From an uncultured Candidatus Saccharibacteria bacterium (GTDB lineage Bacteria; Patescibacteriota; Minisyncoccia; Phycocordibacterales; UBA9988), in assembly GCA_964401135.1 (NCBI GenBank), contig CAYNXC010000001.1, positions 210,264 through 274,263 on the forward strand: DNA of 64,000 nt, written 5' to 3'. Below, one piece after another: positions 48,218 to 57,414 of the stretch (its first letter is position 1; every line of letters begins with the position of its first letter). The notes under the pieces were generated by a model. The model did no database searches. It was not told the origin of the DNA and worked only from the letters and a program-made list of their open reading frames with translations. The translations under genes and the position numbers were made by a program.

Positions 48218-49381
48218 ATGCACTTATCTCAAACTATTTCTCATTTACTCTCACGAGGGGTATCTCAAATTTATCCAACCGTTGATCTGCTCGCGGAGAG
48301 GCTCAGAAAGGGGCCTATACGCCTCTATAGCGGCATTGATCCTACAGGTCCTACCCTTCACCTAGGACACGCGTCTATACTCCGTAAAATGCGGATGTTT
48401 CAAGATGAGGGGCATCAAGTAGTTCTCCTTGTTGGTGATTTTACTGCGATGATCGGAGATCCAACTGGTAAGGCGAGTGCTCGTAAACAGCTGAGTCAAA
48501 AGGAGGTGCAAAGCAATATGGAGGCGTATCTGGAGCAAGTGGGGAGGATACTCAACCTTGATTCAGTTGAAATACGCTACAACAGTGAATGGTTGAGCGG
48601 ACTTTCTCTCCGCGATATGGTGGGGCTCTTGAGTGAATTTACTGTCCAGCAGATGATAGAGCGGGATATGTTTGAAAGACGGATTAGTGTAGGAGAGCCA
48701 GTGTATGTGCACGAATTTCTCTATCCAGCGCTCCAAGGCTATGACTCAGTTGCCTTGGGTGTTGATCTTGAAGTAGGGGGGAGTGATCAGATTTTTAATA
48801 TGTTGGCAGGACGGACACTCCTCAAAAAGAGGGGAAAAGAAAAATTTATTCTCGCAACAAAATTGCTCATTGATCCAACAGGAAAGAAGATGGGGAAGAC
48901 GGAGGGGAATATGGTGGCTCTCTCTGACTCAGTGAATGATGCCTTTGGAAAGGTGATGAGTTGGTCAGATGAGCTTATGGAGCCGGCCTTTGAATTACTT
49001 ACCTCAAAAGACTTAGATGAAGTACGAGACCTTATATCACGCAATCCTAGAGAGGCAAAGATGACTCTCGCTTATTCCATCACCGAGTGGATTTGGGGGA
49101 AGGAGAGTGCTGAGAGTGCCCAAGAGACTTTCACCGACCGCTTTAGTAATGGGATCATCACAGGGACAATACCAGAAATTACTGTTACGCGCGGATCTCT
49201 CCTTGCTGATGCAGTACTCCAGTCTGGGCTCATTGCCTCTAAATCGGAGTGGCGTCGCCTCGTGTTGGAAGGGGCGATAGAGGTGGAGGGAAATAAAATA
49301 TCTGATCCGTCCATTTCAGTATCCCAAGCTTCCCAACAGTTGCGAATAGGAAAGAGTCGTTTTCTCTCTATTCATACATAG
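48218..49381 (+). CDS. tyrS: Tyrosyl-tRNA synthetase
   Basis: HIGH-like HLGH, KMSKS-like KMGKT, and a C-terminal S4-like domain. The start is set at the Met after the PBP1A gene ends. Confidence 0.85.
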   Translation: MHLSQTISHLLSRGVSQIYPTVDLLAERLRKGPIRLYSGIDPTGPTLHLGHASILRKMRMFQDEGHQVVLLVGDFTAMIGDPTGKASARKQLSQKEVQSNMEAYLEQVGRILNLDSVEIRYNSEWLSGLSLRDMVGLLSEFTVQQMIERDMFERRISVGEPVYVHEFLYPALQGYDSVALGVDLEVGGSDQIFNMLAGRTLLKKRGKEKFILATKLLIDPTGKKMGKTEGNMVALSDSVNDAFGKVMSWSDELMEPAFELLTSKDLDEVRDLISRNPREAKMTLAYSITEWIWGKESAESAQETFTDRFSNGIITGTIPEITVTRGSLLADAVLQSGLIASKSEWRRLVLEGAIEVEGNKISDPSISVSQASQQLRIGKSRFLSIHT

Positions 49382-49382
49382 T

Positions 49383-49415
49383 AATAAAAAATACCGGTGT
49401 AAGACCAGTATTTTT
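49383..49415. terminator. Hairpin AATACCGGT-gtaag-ACCAGTATT followed by a T-run; bidirectional terminator candidate
   Basis: Stem seen in the sequence directly after the tyrS stop, with a TTTTTTAT tract downstream. Confidence 0.45.
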
Positions 49416-49437
49416 TATCGGAGAAAGTTTTTAGCTT

Positions 49438-49560
49438 TTATTCTTCGAAAGAACCAGAACCAAAACCTTCTTCGTCCTCGTCTTTAAAACCTACCTCCTC
49501 TTCATCCTCATCTTTATCTTCCTTATCTTCAAAATCGTCCTTCATCAAATCGTCATCCAT
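49438..49560 (-). CDS. Highly acidic 40-aa micro-ORF (speculative)
   Basis: Own translation: MDDDLMKDDFEDKEDKDEDEEEVGFKDEDEEGFGSGSFEE. No homology can be asserted. Confidence 0.15.
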   Translation of the reverse strand: MDDDLMKDDFEDKEDKDEDEEEVGFKDEDEEGFGSGSFEE

Positions 49561-49661
49561 ATAATTACATTAACTTAATAATGAAAGTCTCTGCGAGACC
49601 ATTTTTTTGTATCATACCACCAATCATTTGCAATGCGGTGCTATGATAGCGTGTGGATAAG

Positions 49662-50153
49662 TTAGCGCATCAGGGGTCGCGCCGTCAAGGCCACCGCAAT
49701 TGCGTCGTACTCATCGTCATGCCGGCGCGTGGCATCCATCATAAGGAGCGTCCGTACCATTGAACTCACCTGTCTCTTATCTGCATTCCCATACCCAGTA
49801 ACTGCGCGCTTAATCTCTTGTGGGGTGAACTCTAGAAAAGAGAGTGCATGCTGTGTAGCAATGTATCGGATAATCCCGCGCAGTTCAGCAACCGCGATGC
49901 CTGTTTTTTGGTTCTTGGTAAAAAAAATCTTTTCGCACGCAAGAATTTTTGGACACCACTTTGTAATAGTGTGTTCCAACACTGTCCCAATTTCTAAAAA
50001 ACGAACATCCAGTGCTCCTGGAACTGGAGTTATGCATGATGACCAGAGAAGCACATCTTTATTGTGTTGTTGCTCAACAACTGCGATACCGCAACGATCG
50101 TACCCAGGGTCTACCCCAAGAACAATAACAGGCTTTTTATGCGTAGGCAGCAT
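49662..50153 (-). CDS. ruvC: Holliday junction resolvase RuvC
   Basis: VLGVDPGYDRCGIAVV (catalytic Asp) and RNase H-like fold residues. The start is set at the internal Met, four codons downstream of the ORF-track start. Confidence 0.8.
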   Translation of the reverse strand: MLPTHKKPVIVLGVDPGYDRCGIAVVEQQHNKDVLLWSSCITPVPGALDVRFLEIGTVLEHTITKWCPKILACEKIFFTKNQKTGIAVAELRGIIRYIATQHALSFLEFTPQEIKRAVTGYGNADKRQVSSMVRTLLMMDATRRHDDEYDAIAVALTARPLMR

Positions 50154-50673
50154 TTGAGAAGACATTTTTCACATCCGGATGCTCGTCTAATGCATCAATA
50201 ATAAGACCTAGTGTCTCAACCTCATCCTCTCGTATAGGTACTACAGTCTGCGCTTCCCACTCATCACCTTTGTGGGTAAACGCCCACTGAGCGCTCCCCG
50301 GACTTGCGAAGTTTGCACCGTGCGATGAAAGGAGATGACGGATCTCTGCAGCAGTTCTATTTTTATTATCAGTCATCCCTACAATGAGTAGCGCGCTCCC
50401 TCCGGGGCCATAAGCCTCGTAGAGCACTTCTTCGTACTGTGCGTCTCCTCCACCACTTCCCTTAACAATTGCTCGTTCAATATTCTCTGTTGGCATATTT
50501 GACGAGCGAGCTTTCTCTATCACAGCGCGTAGGCGTGGATGATTACGATCTCCGCTAGATGCGCGAGCTTCCATTGTAATTGCTCGTACTAGCATAGAGA
50601 ATAACTTACTCTTCTTTGCATCTTCGGCCGCTTTCTTATTTTTTATCTGTGACCATTTATTATGTCCTGACAT
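50137..50673 (-). CDS. YebC/PmpR-family protein (shortened)
   Basis: MSGHNKWSQIKNKKAAEDAKKSKLF... is the canonical YebC N-terminus. 178 aa, shorter than typical. Confidence 0.7.
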   Translation of the reverse strand: MSGHNKWSQIKNKKAAEDAKKSKLFSMLVRAITMEARASSGDRNHPRLRAVIEKARSSNMPTENIERAIVKGSGGGDAQYEEVLYEAYGPGGSALLIVGMTDNKNRTAAEIRHLLSSHGANFASPGSAQWAFTHKGDEWEAQTVVPIREDEVETLGLIIDALDEHPDVKNVFSNAAYA

Positions 50674-50676
50674 AGT

Positions 50677-51693
50677 CTAGAGTAATGAAGATTGTGCTGG
50701 TGTGTCGTAGCCGAGGTGTTTGTAGGCGCGTTCTGTTGCTGTCCTACCGCGTGGTGTTCTCTCAATCAATCCTAACTGTATGAGGTAAGGCTCGTTGATC
50801 TCTTCTATCGTAGATTCATCCTCGGCGAGTGCAGTGGCAATTGTCCCGACCCCGACTGGTCCTCCGTGGAAAGTCTCTATGATAACCGAGAGAACTCGAC
50901 GGTCAATAGAGGAGAGTCCTAGCTCGTCAATTTCTAACAGAGAGAGTGCCTCGTGCACCGTTTCTTTGTTGAGTACCCGTCGTTTGACTTGTGCGTAGTC
51001 ACGAGCCCGTTTCAGGTATTGGTTAGCTATACGGGGAGTGAAGCGGCTCCGCCGAGCAATCTCGGTAATCGCACTCTCTTCGATAGGAACAGCGAGGATC
51101 CGTGCGGATCTTCGAATGATAGTACCTATCTCCTCCTCGGTGTAGAACTCTAATCGGAATGTGCCACCACCAAATCGTGAGCGGAGCGGTGCAGAGAGGA
51201 GTGAGATGCGCGTAGTTGCCGCAATGAGAGTGAATGGGGGAAGTTCTAACTGGATACTGCGTGCTCCTGGCCCCTTCCCAATAATAATATTGAGCATACC
51301 TGATTCCATCGCGGGGTAGAGTACTTCCTCGATCAATTTATTGAGACGATGAGCCTCGTCTATAAATAGAATATCACCCGGTGATAGGTTGGTGAGAATA
51401 GATGCAATGTCTCCTACCTTTTCAATTGCTGGTCCGGAGGTTGTTTTTATTTGTGCGCCCATCTCTCGTGCAATTAAGTAGGCGATGGTGGTCTTCCCCA
51501 AGCCCGGAGGCCCGTAGAAGAGAAGGTGTTCTGGAGGGTGTTTACGCTCTTCTGCTGCTGATAGGAGGATACGAAGGTTCCCTTTAATGTGCTCCTGTCC
51601 CACATACTCATCCCACGAGTTCGGGCGTAGGGCGCTGTCTAAGTGCCGCTCGTGTTCCGAAATTTCTATCTCTAGTGTTTTATTACTTGACAT
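50677..51693 (-). CDS. ruvB: Holliday junction branch-migration helicase RuvB
   Basis: Walker A GPPGLGKTT, Walker B ILFIDEAHRL, sensor motifs and a C-terminal winged helix. Confidence 0.9.
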   Translation of the reverse strand: MSSNKTLEIEISEHERHLDSALRPNSWDEYVGQEHIKGNLRILLSAAEERKHPPEHLLFYGPPGLGKTTIAYLIAREMGAQIKTTSGPAIEKVGDIASILTNLSPGDILFIDEAHRLNKLIEEVLYPAMESGMLNIIIGKGPGARSIQLELPPFTLIAATTRISLLSAPLRSRFGGGTFRLEFYTEEEIGTIIRRSARILAVPIEESAITEIARRSRFTPRIANQYLKRARDYAQVKRRVLNKETVHEALSLLEIDELGLSSIDRRVLSVIIETFHGGPVGVGTIATALAEDESTIEEINEPYLIQLGLIERTPRGRTATERAYKHLGYDTPAQSSLL

Positions 51694-51735
51694 GAAATAT
51701 AATGTATGCTAGTGTCAACCCTGACTGAACGGAGT

Positions 51736-51880
51736 AATCTCTAAGCAATCGGGGCGCAAGCCTATGGGTCTGTCTGCTAGGACGCTTTGGTCTTCTCACT
51801 TTAGTGAGACTGCTGGTGCTATCCTCGTGGGCAAGCCTGCCTTCTTGGAGTTCCAAGAAGGATTGTTTAGAGATTTTTTC
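51736..51880 (+). ncRNA. Candidate structured small RNA of unknown class, ending in an intrinsic terminator
   Basis: A 15-bp closing helix AAUCUCUAAGCAAUC/GAUUGUUUAGAGAUU is perfect with one G-U pair on the plus strand but needs an A-C mismatch on the minus strand. It is followed by UUUUU. Internal perfect hairpins include CCUUCUUGG-aguu-CCAAGAAGG and UCUCAC-uuua-GUGAGA, plus a GNRA-type GGC-GCAA-GCC. A TATAAT lies at 51698-51703. Confidence 0.3.
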
Positions 51881-51888
51881 GCTCAGTC

Positions 51889-53607
51889 TCAATGATCTTC
51901 ACCCGTAAGGTCAATGACACGCCCTAACTCATCTAAGGAGGTATCACCGCGTAATACCTTTAAGACACCATCCTCGCGCATGGTGAGGATATTTTGAGGG
52001 AGTGCTGCGCGTCTGATTTCCCGTTCGCTCGGATTGCTTAAGGTGACAGTGGTAATTGCCTCATCCGAGCGTATTGCCTCAAAAATACCACTTCGTCCTT
52101 TGTAGCCTGTCATGTTACAGAGAGGACAACCAACTGCCACAAAGTAGTGATCTGTGGTGGAGGCGCTAATGTCAGGGCGCCGCGAAGAGATTGCCTCCGT
52201 TGTCTTTTGTAGGAGAGCCAACTCCTCAGGTGAAGGGGTGGCCTCTTTTTTGCATCTCTCACAAAGCTTCCGTACGAGGCGTTGCGCAATAGCGATTGTG
52301 AGCGCTGATCCAATCACTTTTGGATTAACGCCAAGATCGATGAGGCGTGGGATGGTGCCTGCCGCGGTGTTTGTGTGGAGGGTGCTAAAGACCAAGTGCC
52401 CCGTGAGTGCGGAGTTGACCGCGACTCCTGCCGTCTCTTTGTCACGAATCTCACCAACCATAATAATGTCTGGGTCTTGGCGCAAGGCAGAACGGAGCCC
52501 CTCCAAAAAAGTATAGCCCTTATCTTCCTCCACCTGCGTTTGGTTGATACCATCAAGGTGATACTCAACAGGGTCCTCAATGGTGATGATTTTATTCCCC
52601 GTGTTTGAGACATAGCGCAAGAATGCGTAGAGTGTGGTGGTCTTACCACTTCCTGTTGGCCCAGTGAGCAGGATCATCCCGTTTGGTTTGGAGAGCTCCT
52701 CTTCAAAAACGCTCTTGAGTCGCGGCTCAATACCTAACTTGTCAAAAGTGAGCGCTATTGTCTCTGGGTTGAGTATGCGCATAACTACCGACTCTCCGTA
52801 AGTGCCGGGTATGATGGAGCTACGGATCTCCATCTCGGTACCCTTAAGCCGGACGCTAAAGCGACCATCTTGCGCAACATTTTTTAAGTTCAACTTCATT
52901 GCAGAGACGAGTTTAATACGCATGAGTACATTGTGGAAAATCTTTGCGTCTATGTGCACAATGTCTTGGAGTACTCCGTCTAGCCGGTAGCGTAGGCGTA
53001 TAGAAGCATCTTCTGGCTCGATGTGAATATCGGACGATGAGAGTGCGATGGCTCCAGAGAGAATAACCTCGACGAGGTTGGAGATGCCTTGCCCTGATCG
53101 GACCGCCACCTCTTCCTGTTCAACGAGCTTTTGCGCGTCATCGATACTTTTTATTTTCTCTAGGTATGATGAGAGTACCTCTTCAGAAATTGAGATAACT
53201 CCCGCGTCGGTCCGGGAACTCTTAGAGATCTCTGCGTAGTGCTCCCATGCGCGCGCGAGACTCTTTTTTGATGCAATATATAGGGATGGGATGAAGCCCT
53301 TCTCCCTCAACTCCTCAAGTATTCCAGAGACGGCTGGAGAGTCTGGAATCGCGGCGGCAATGTCGATTTTTTTTCCTGTGGCTCGGAAGGAAGCGACAGA
53401 AGACTGCTCTGCTTCTTCTTGGGGTATGATACGGAGAGCATCAGTGTTAATGGCGATGGTGGAGAGGTCAATGTAGGGGATACCGAACTTTGCCGCTACA
53501 ATTTGCGCCAGATCTTCCTCCTCTTTAGCGTGGAGGTCAGCAATACGCTTATCTTGCTTCTCTTCATCAAAACTAATCATCTTTATAGTGTAGCACGAGA
53601 AGCCCAC
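51889..53607 (-). CDS. pilB: Type II/IV secretion-system ATPase (PilB/GspE family; type IV pilus assembly ATPase)
   Basis: Walker A GPTGSGKTTT, Asp/His boxes, and a C-terminal tetracysteine C..C...C..C. Confidence 0.85.
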   Translation of the reverse strand: MGFSCYTIKMISFDEEKQDKRIADLHAKEEEDLAQIVAAKFGIPYIDLSTIAINTDALRIIPQEEAEQSSVASFRATGKKIDIAAAIPDSPAVSGILEELREKGFIPSLYIASKKSLARAWEHYAEISKSSRTDAGVISISEEVLSSYLEKIKSIDDAQKLVEQEEVAVRSGQGISNLVEVILSGAIALSSSDIHIEPEDASIRLRYRLDGVLQDIVHIDAKIFHNVLMRIKLVSAMKLNLKNVAQDGRFSVRLKGTEMEIRSSIIPGTYGESVVMRILNPETIALTFDKLGIEPRLKSVFEEELSKPNGMILLTGPTGSGKTTTLYAFLRYVSNTGNKIITIEDPVEYHLDGINQTQVEEDKGYTFLEGLRSALRQDPDIIMVGEIRDKETAGVAVNSALTGHLVFSTLHTNTAAGTIPRLIDLGVNPKVIGSALTIAIAQRLVRKLCERCKKEATPSPEELALLQKTTEAISSRRPDISASTTDHYFVAVGCPLCNMTGYKGRSGIFEAIRSDEAITTVTLSNPSEREIRRAALPQNILTMREDGVLKVLRGDTSLDELGRVIDLTGEDH

Positions 53608-53680
53608 GAGATATTATTGACGAGTCAAATAAAGATATGTACATTCTTCGCTCAGAAGAACATTTCAAAAAAGAAATAAG

Positions 53681-53703
53681 TGTTCAACCTCGGAGGTTGA
53701 ACA
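53681..53703. promoter_or_regulatory. Perfect 23-bp palindrome TGTTCAACCTC-G-GAGGTTGAACA (candidate operator or bidirectional terminator)
   Basis: Read directly. It lies in the divergent intergenic region between pilB and the 53848 gene. The minus-strand orientation is followed by a U-rich tract. Confidence 0.4.
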
Positions 53704-53750
53704 GCTGGCGGGGGGGGTCAAGCCGTTGTCGCGGTCACATTATAGGGAAC

Positions 53751-53778
53751 TTGACAGATAAACCATATATGCTATAAT
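53751..53778 (+). promoter_or_regulatory. Near-consensus sigma70 promoter TTGACA-16-TATAAT
   Basis: Consensus hexamers with a 16-nt spacer, about 70 nt upstream of the 53848 start codon. A G8 homopolymer lies at 53710-53717 just upstream. Confidence 0.45.
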
Positions 53779-53847
53779 GGACACAGAGTCGTTGAAAATC
53801 CCCTAAATTCGCGTTAGCGAATGGGAATATATGAGGAGGAGAAGAAA

Positions 53848-54429
53848 ATGAAGTTGAATAAGGAAGATGCTTTCTATCTTGTCGTGGCGGCGCTTGTTAT
53901 CACATTCTTTGCACTCTCGGCCTATGCAGGCGAGCCAGGGAGCGAAGAGCGGGCCAGAGTCACTACAGTGGATGCTCCACTACAAGCGACCCCAATCCCC
54001 GCATGGCAGCCCGCACAGGCACCTGCTCCACAACCGGAGATCCGCTATGTGGATCGGATTGTGGAGAAGCCAATCTATGTTGATCGGGAAGTTTATGTGG
54101 ACAAGCCGATCTACATTGACCGACCAGTAGAGAAGATCATCGTGGAAGAATGCCCTGTATTCATCCCGCCTGCCCCGCCGATGCCGGTCTACATTCCTGA
54201 TCCGGCTCCGTCCCTGTTTGGGATCGGATTTGACCTCAATGTGGGCTTCGGTCATCGTCAACCACGGAATCATCCGCAGTACGATAGATACAATCGGTAT
54301 GTTGACTACAACTACCAGCCACGCTATCAGCAACTCCGATACCAACAACGGTATGATCATCTCGATCATCATTACGATCGCAGGTCGTCATACCGCCCAT
54401 CGCGCCACTATCATGACGATTGTTGGTGA
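53848..54429 (+). CDS. Secreted hypothetical protein with tandem (V/I)DR..(E)KPIY repeats and a His/Tyr/Arg/Gln-rich C-terminus
   Basis: Signal peptide, the repeats YVDRIVEKPIYVDREVYVDKPIYIDRPVEK, and a low-complexity RYQQRYDHLDHHYDRR tail. Confidence 0.45.
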   Translation: MKLNKEDAFYLVVAALVITFFALSAYAGEPGSEERARVTTVDAPLQATPIPAWQPAQAPAPQPEIRYVDRIVEKPIYVDREVYVDKPIYIDRPVEKIIVEECPVFIPPAPPMPVYIPDPAPSLFGIGFDLNVGFGHRQPRNHPQYDRYNRYVDYNYQPRYQQLRYQQRYDHLDHHYDRRSSYRPSRHYHDDCW

Positions 54430-54512
54430 GTAGCTCCTCCCCCCTAGCCCCCTTGTTTGGTAATTCGCCTCCGGCGGACCAGCAAGGGGGTTTTGTTTGT
54501 TACAATAGGGCG

Positions 54513-54959
54513 ATGCAACGAAGTACCCTCAGTGCAGAAGAGATGAAAGGGTGTGCCAAAGAGATCATAGCACCACTTCTTCCTCAAGAGAGGAGTCATG
54601 CCCTCGTGCTTGCGCTCTCAGGAGATTTAGGAGCAGGGAAGACGACCTTTACCCAAGGAGTGGCAGAAGCGCTCGGCATTCGTGAAGCGGTGGTTAGTCC
54701 AACCTTCACCATCATGAGGATCTATAAAATTCAAAAAGAAGGCCCCTTCACTCATCTCGTTCACATAGATGCCTATCGTTTAGAGAGTGCAGATGAACTG
54801 TTTCGTCTCGGGTGGGATGCCCTCGTGAAGGATCCGCAGTGCTGTATTGTGATAGAGTGGCCGGAGCGTGTGAGCGACTGTATCCCTCCTTCTGCCCACT
54901 CTATTATTCTTAGACTTGTCTCTGATGCTCGCCATGAAATCAGTTACCAAAAAAACTAA
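54513..54959 (+). CDS. tsaE: tRNA threonylcarbamoyladenosine biosynthesis protein TsaE
   Basis: P-loop GDLGAGKTTF followed by SPTFT, the canonical YjeE/TsaE motifs. Confidence 0.75.
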   Translation: MQRSTLSAEEMKGCAKEIIAPLLPQERSHALVLALSGDLGAGKTTFTQGVAEALGIREAVVSPTFTIMRIYKIQKEGPFTHLVHIDAYRLESADELFRLGWDALVKDPQCCIVIEWPERVSDCIPPSAHSIILRLVSDARHEISYQKN

Positions 54960-57315
54960 TACTTTTCATCCACGTTTGCTTGTCCTCCTGGATGCGCACG
55001 CGATCATCCATCGTGCCTACCATGCACTCCCAGATCTACGCACTAAGGCGGGGGAGCCGACAGGCGGACTTTACGGGATAGCTTCAATGCTGATGAAGAT
55101 TATTACAGAGCTTAACCCTGATTACCTCGTTGCCTGCTATGATCTCCCCGAACCAACTTTCCGTAAGAAAATATATGAGGACTATAAAGCTGGGAGAGTA
55201 AAAGCTGATGATGATTTAATTACACAGATTGAGCGCTCGCGGAGCATCTTCACCGCCTTTGGGATTCCAATCATTTCACATCCCGGATTTGAGGCAGATG
55301 ACATACTTGGTACCTTAGTGGAGCGTTTTAAAAAAGAAAAAAACCTCTCCATCATTATTGCTTCTGGTGATATGGATACACTCCAGTTGGTGGATGGAGA
55401 ACGCGTGCGTGTATATACCTTGCGCAAAGGGCTTACCGACACGGTTCTCTATGATGAAAAGACAGTGAAAGAACGATTTGGTTTTGAACCAATATTAGTT
55501 GCCGACTACAAAGGTCTCCGAGGCGATCCATCAGATAATATTGTAGGAGTGCCGGGGATAGGGGAGAAGACGGCCACAGAACTTATTACACGGTTTGGCA
55601 CCATAGAAGAGATTTATCAGAAACTCAAAAAGACCCCGGAAGTATTTACAAAGTCCGGTATCAAGCCTCGCGTGGTGAGTCTGCTTACCGAGAATGAAGA
55701 AGAGGCGATGTTTTCAAAAACACTCGCGACCATACGCCGTGACGCTCCCATCCAATACACGCTCCCAGAGGGAAATTGGAGGGAGGGAGTGGGTGAGCCT
55801 GCCTTAGTGAGTCTTTTTAATGAACTTGAGTTTGAGAGTCTTAAACGCCGAGCCCTTGCGATCCTGCGTAACACTCCTTTGGATGCGTCAGCTTCAACGA
55901 CTACTGAAGAATCACCCCACGATGAGGAGCTGGGTGAATCACTCCATCGAGCCCGCATCGCACTCTGGCTCCTTGACTCTACGCGTACCACAGCAAGTCG
56001 CACTGATGTGAGTATCTACACTAAGAAAAAAGATATTTCCTCTGCTCTCGCTACGCTTGAAAAAGAATTGAAAGAGAAGGATCTCTTGTCTGTGTACGAA
56101 GAAATAGAGCTCCCTCTCATCCCTATTCTCGCACGGGCGGAGAATCGTGGGATATTGGTGGACACTGCACTCCTCCGCTCACTCTCGGTCGAGTATCACA
56201 AAAGACTCGGTGTGATTGAACGGCGTATCTACAAGGAGGCAGGAGAAGAGTTTAATATCAATTCCCCAAAACAGATTTCAGGGCTCCTGTTTGAAAAACT
56301 AGGACTTTCCACCAAAGGAATTGCGAAGACAGGTGGAGGAGCGCTCTCTACTAAAGAAAGTGAATTAGCAAAATTACAAGGGGAGCACTCAATTATTGAT
56401 GATATTCTCCTCTATCGTGAGCTACAAAAGTTACTGGGAACCTACATTGACGCCATCCCCTCATTAGTTGATGGAGAGAGTCGGCTCCATACGCACTTGA
56501 ATCAGACGGGGACGACTACAGGGAGAATGTCTTCAGACAGCCCTAATCTCCAAAACATCCCTGCGCGAGATGGTTACGGTGTAGCCATCAGAGAGGCTTT
56601 CATTGCGGCTCCCGGCCATACCTGGGTCTCCTGTGATTACTCACAGATTGAGATGCGCGTGCTTGCAGTGATGGCGGAGGATGAGGAGTTAATTAAAATT
56701 TTTAAAGAAGGAAAGGATGTACACAGCTCTGTTGCCTCACGCGTATTTCGTGTGCCAGAAGGTGAGGTGACCAAGGATATGCGACGGAAGGCGAAGGTGA
56801 TCAACTTTGGCATTATCTACGGGATGGGGGTGCAGGCACTCCGAAAAAATCTTGGGACGGATTTGAAAGAAGCGAAAGAGTTTTACGAGCAGTACTTTGC
56901 GAGCTTCCCACGCATCGAGCTCTTTTTTGAAGGGGTTAAAGAGTATGCACGCAGAAACGGTTATACAAAAACATTCTTTGGACGGAGGCGCTACTTCCCG
57001 GAGATCAAATCCCACCTACCCTACTTGCGCGCGAGCGCCGAACGGATGGCAATGAACGCTCCCTTGCAGGGGACTGCGGCAGACCTCATCAAGATTGCGA
57101 TGCGTCGCTCTGAAGAGATACTGACAGAGCGGGGTCTCTCGGGGAGGGCGCATCTCATTCTACAAGTACATGATGAGCTTATTTATGAAGTGGAGCGCGA
57201 AGTGGTGGAAGAAGTCTCCATGATTATCACAGAGGCAATGGAAGGCGCCGCACATGTTGCCGTGCCGCTCTCTGTCTCGCTAGGCATAGGAAGAAATTGG
57301 AAGGAGGCAGGATAG
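54934..57315 (+). CDS. polA: DNA polymerase I (5'-3' exonuclease plus polymerase; 3'-5' exonuclease motifs not evident)
   Basis: N-terminal 5' nuclease (LLVLLDAHAIIHRAYHA, GIPGIGEKTA). Polymerase motifs A (DYSQIEMRVLA), B (RRKAKVINFGIIYG) and C (VHDEL). Confidence 0.85.
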   Translation: MKSVTKKTNTFHPRLLVLLDAHAIIHRAYHALPDLRTKAGEPTGGLYGIASMLMKIITELNPDYLVACYDLPEPTFRKKIYEDYKAGRVKADDDLITQIERSRSIFTAFGIPIISHPGFEADDILGTLVERFKKEKNLSIIIASGDMDTLQLVDGERVRVYTLRKGLTDTVLYDEKTVKERFGFEPILVADYKGLRGDPSDNIVGVPGIGEKTATELITRFGTIEEIYQKLKKTPEVFTKSGIKPRVVSLLTENEEEAMFSKTLATIRRDAPIQYTLPEGNWREGVGEPALVSLFNELEFESLKRRALAILRNTPLDASASTTTEESPHDEELGESLHRARIALWLLDSTRTTASRTDVSIYTKKKDISSALATLEKELKEKDLLSVYEEIELPLIPILARAENRGILVDTALLRSLSVEYHKRLGVIERRIYKEAGEEFNINSPKQISGLLFEKLGLSTKGIAKTGGGALSTKESELAKLQGEHSIIDDILLYRELQKLLGTYIDAIPSLVDGESRLHTHLNQTGTTTGRMSSDSPNLQNIPARDGYGVAIREAFIAAPGHTWVSCDYSQIEMRVLAVMAEDEELIKIFKEGKDVHSSVASRVFRVPEGEVTKDMRRKAKVINFGIIYGMGVQALRKNLGTDLKEAKEFYEQYFASFPRIELFFEGVKEYARRNGYTKTFFGRRRYFPEIKSHLPYLRASAERMAMNAPLQGTAADLIKIAMRRSEEILTERGLSGRAHLILQVHDELIYEVEREVVEEVSMIITEAMEGAAHVAVPLSVSLGIGRNWKEAG

Positions 57316-57414
57316 ACTGACTCATGTGCACATATACGCTATTTCCTCTCAATTCCGTATTTAATGATGGCATGCTATTATTTCTTACGCTGACTCCACG
57401 CCGTCATAATAGTC

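Noticed and set aside
51687-51703. TTGACA and TATAAT hexamers upstream of the candidate sRNA
   Set aside because: The spacing between the two hexamers is only 5 nt, so they cannot form one sigma70 promoter. Only the TATAAT is retained, as a possible -10 element.
51736-51880. Identification of the structured RNA as SRP (4.5S) or 6S RNA
   Set aside because: I could not find the conserved SRP domain-IV motifs (GGAA tetraloop with AGCAGC strand). The length is short for 6S. It is left unclassified rather than mis-assigned.
53821-53847. ORF-track start MGIYEEEKK for the repeat protein
   Set aside because: The internal Met at 53848 (MKLNKEDAFYLVVAALVITFFALSAYA) gives a clean signal peptide and sits at the right distance from the consensus promoter. 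The upstream extension is probably 5' UTR.
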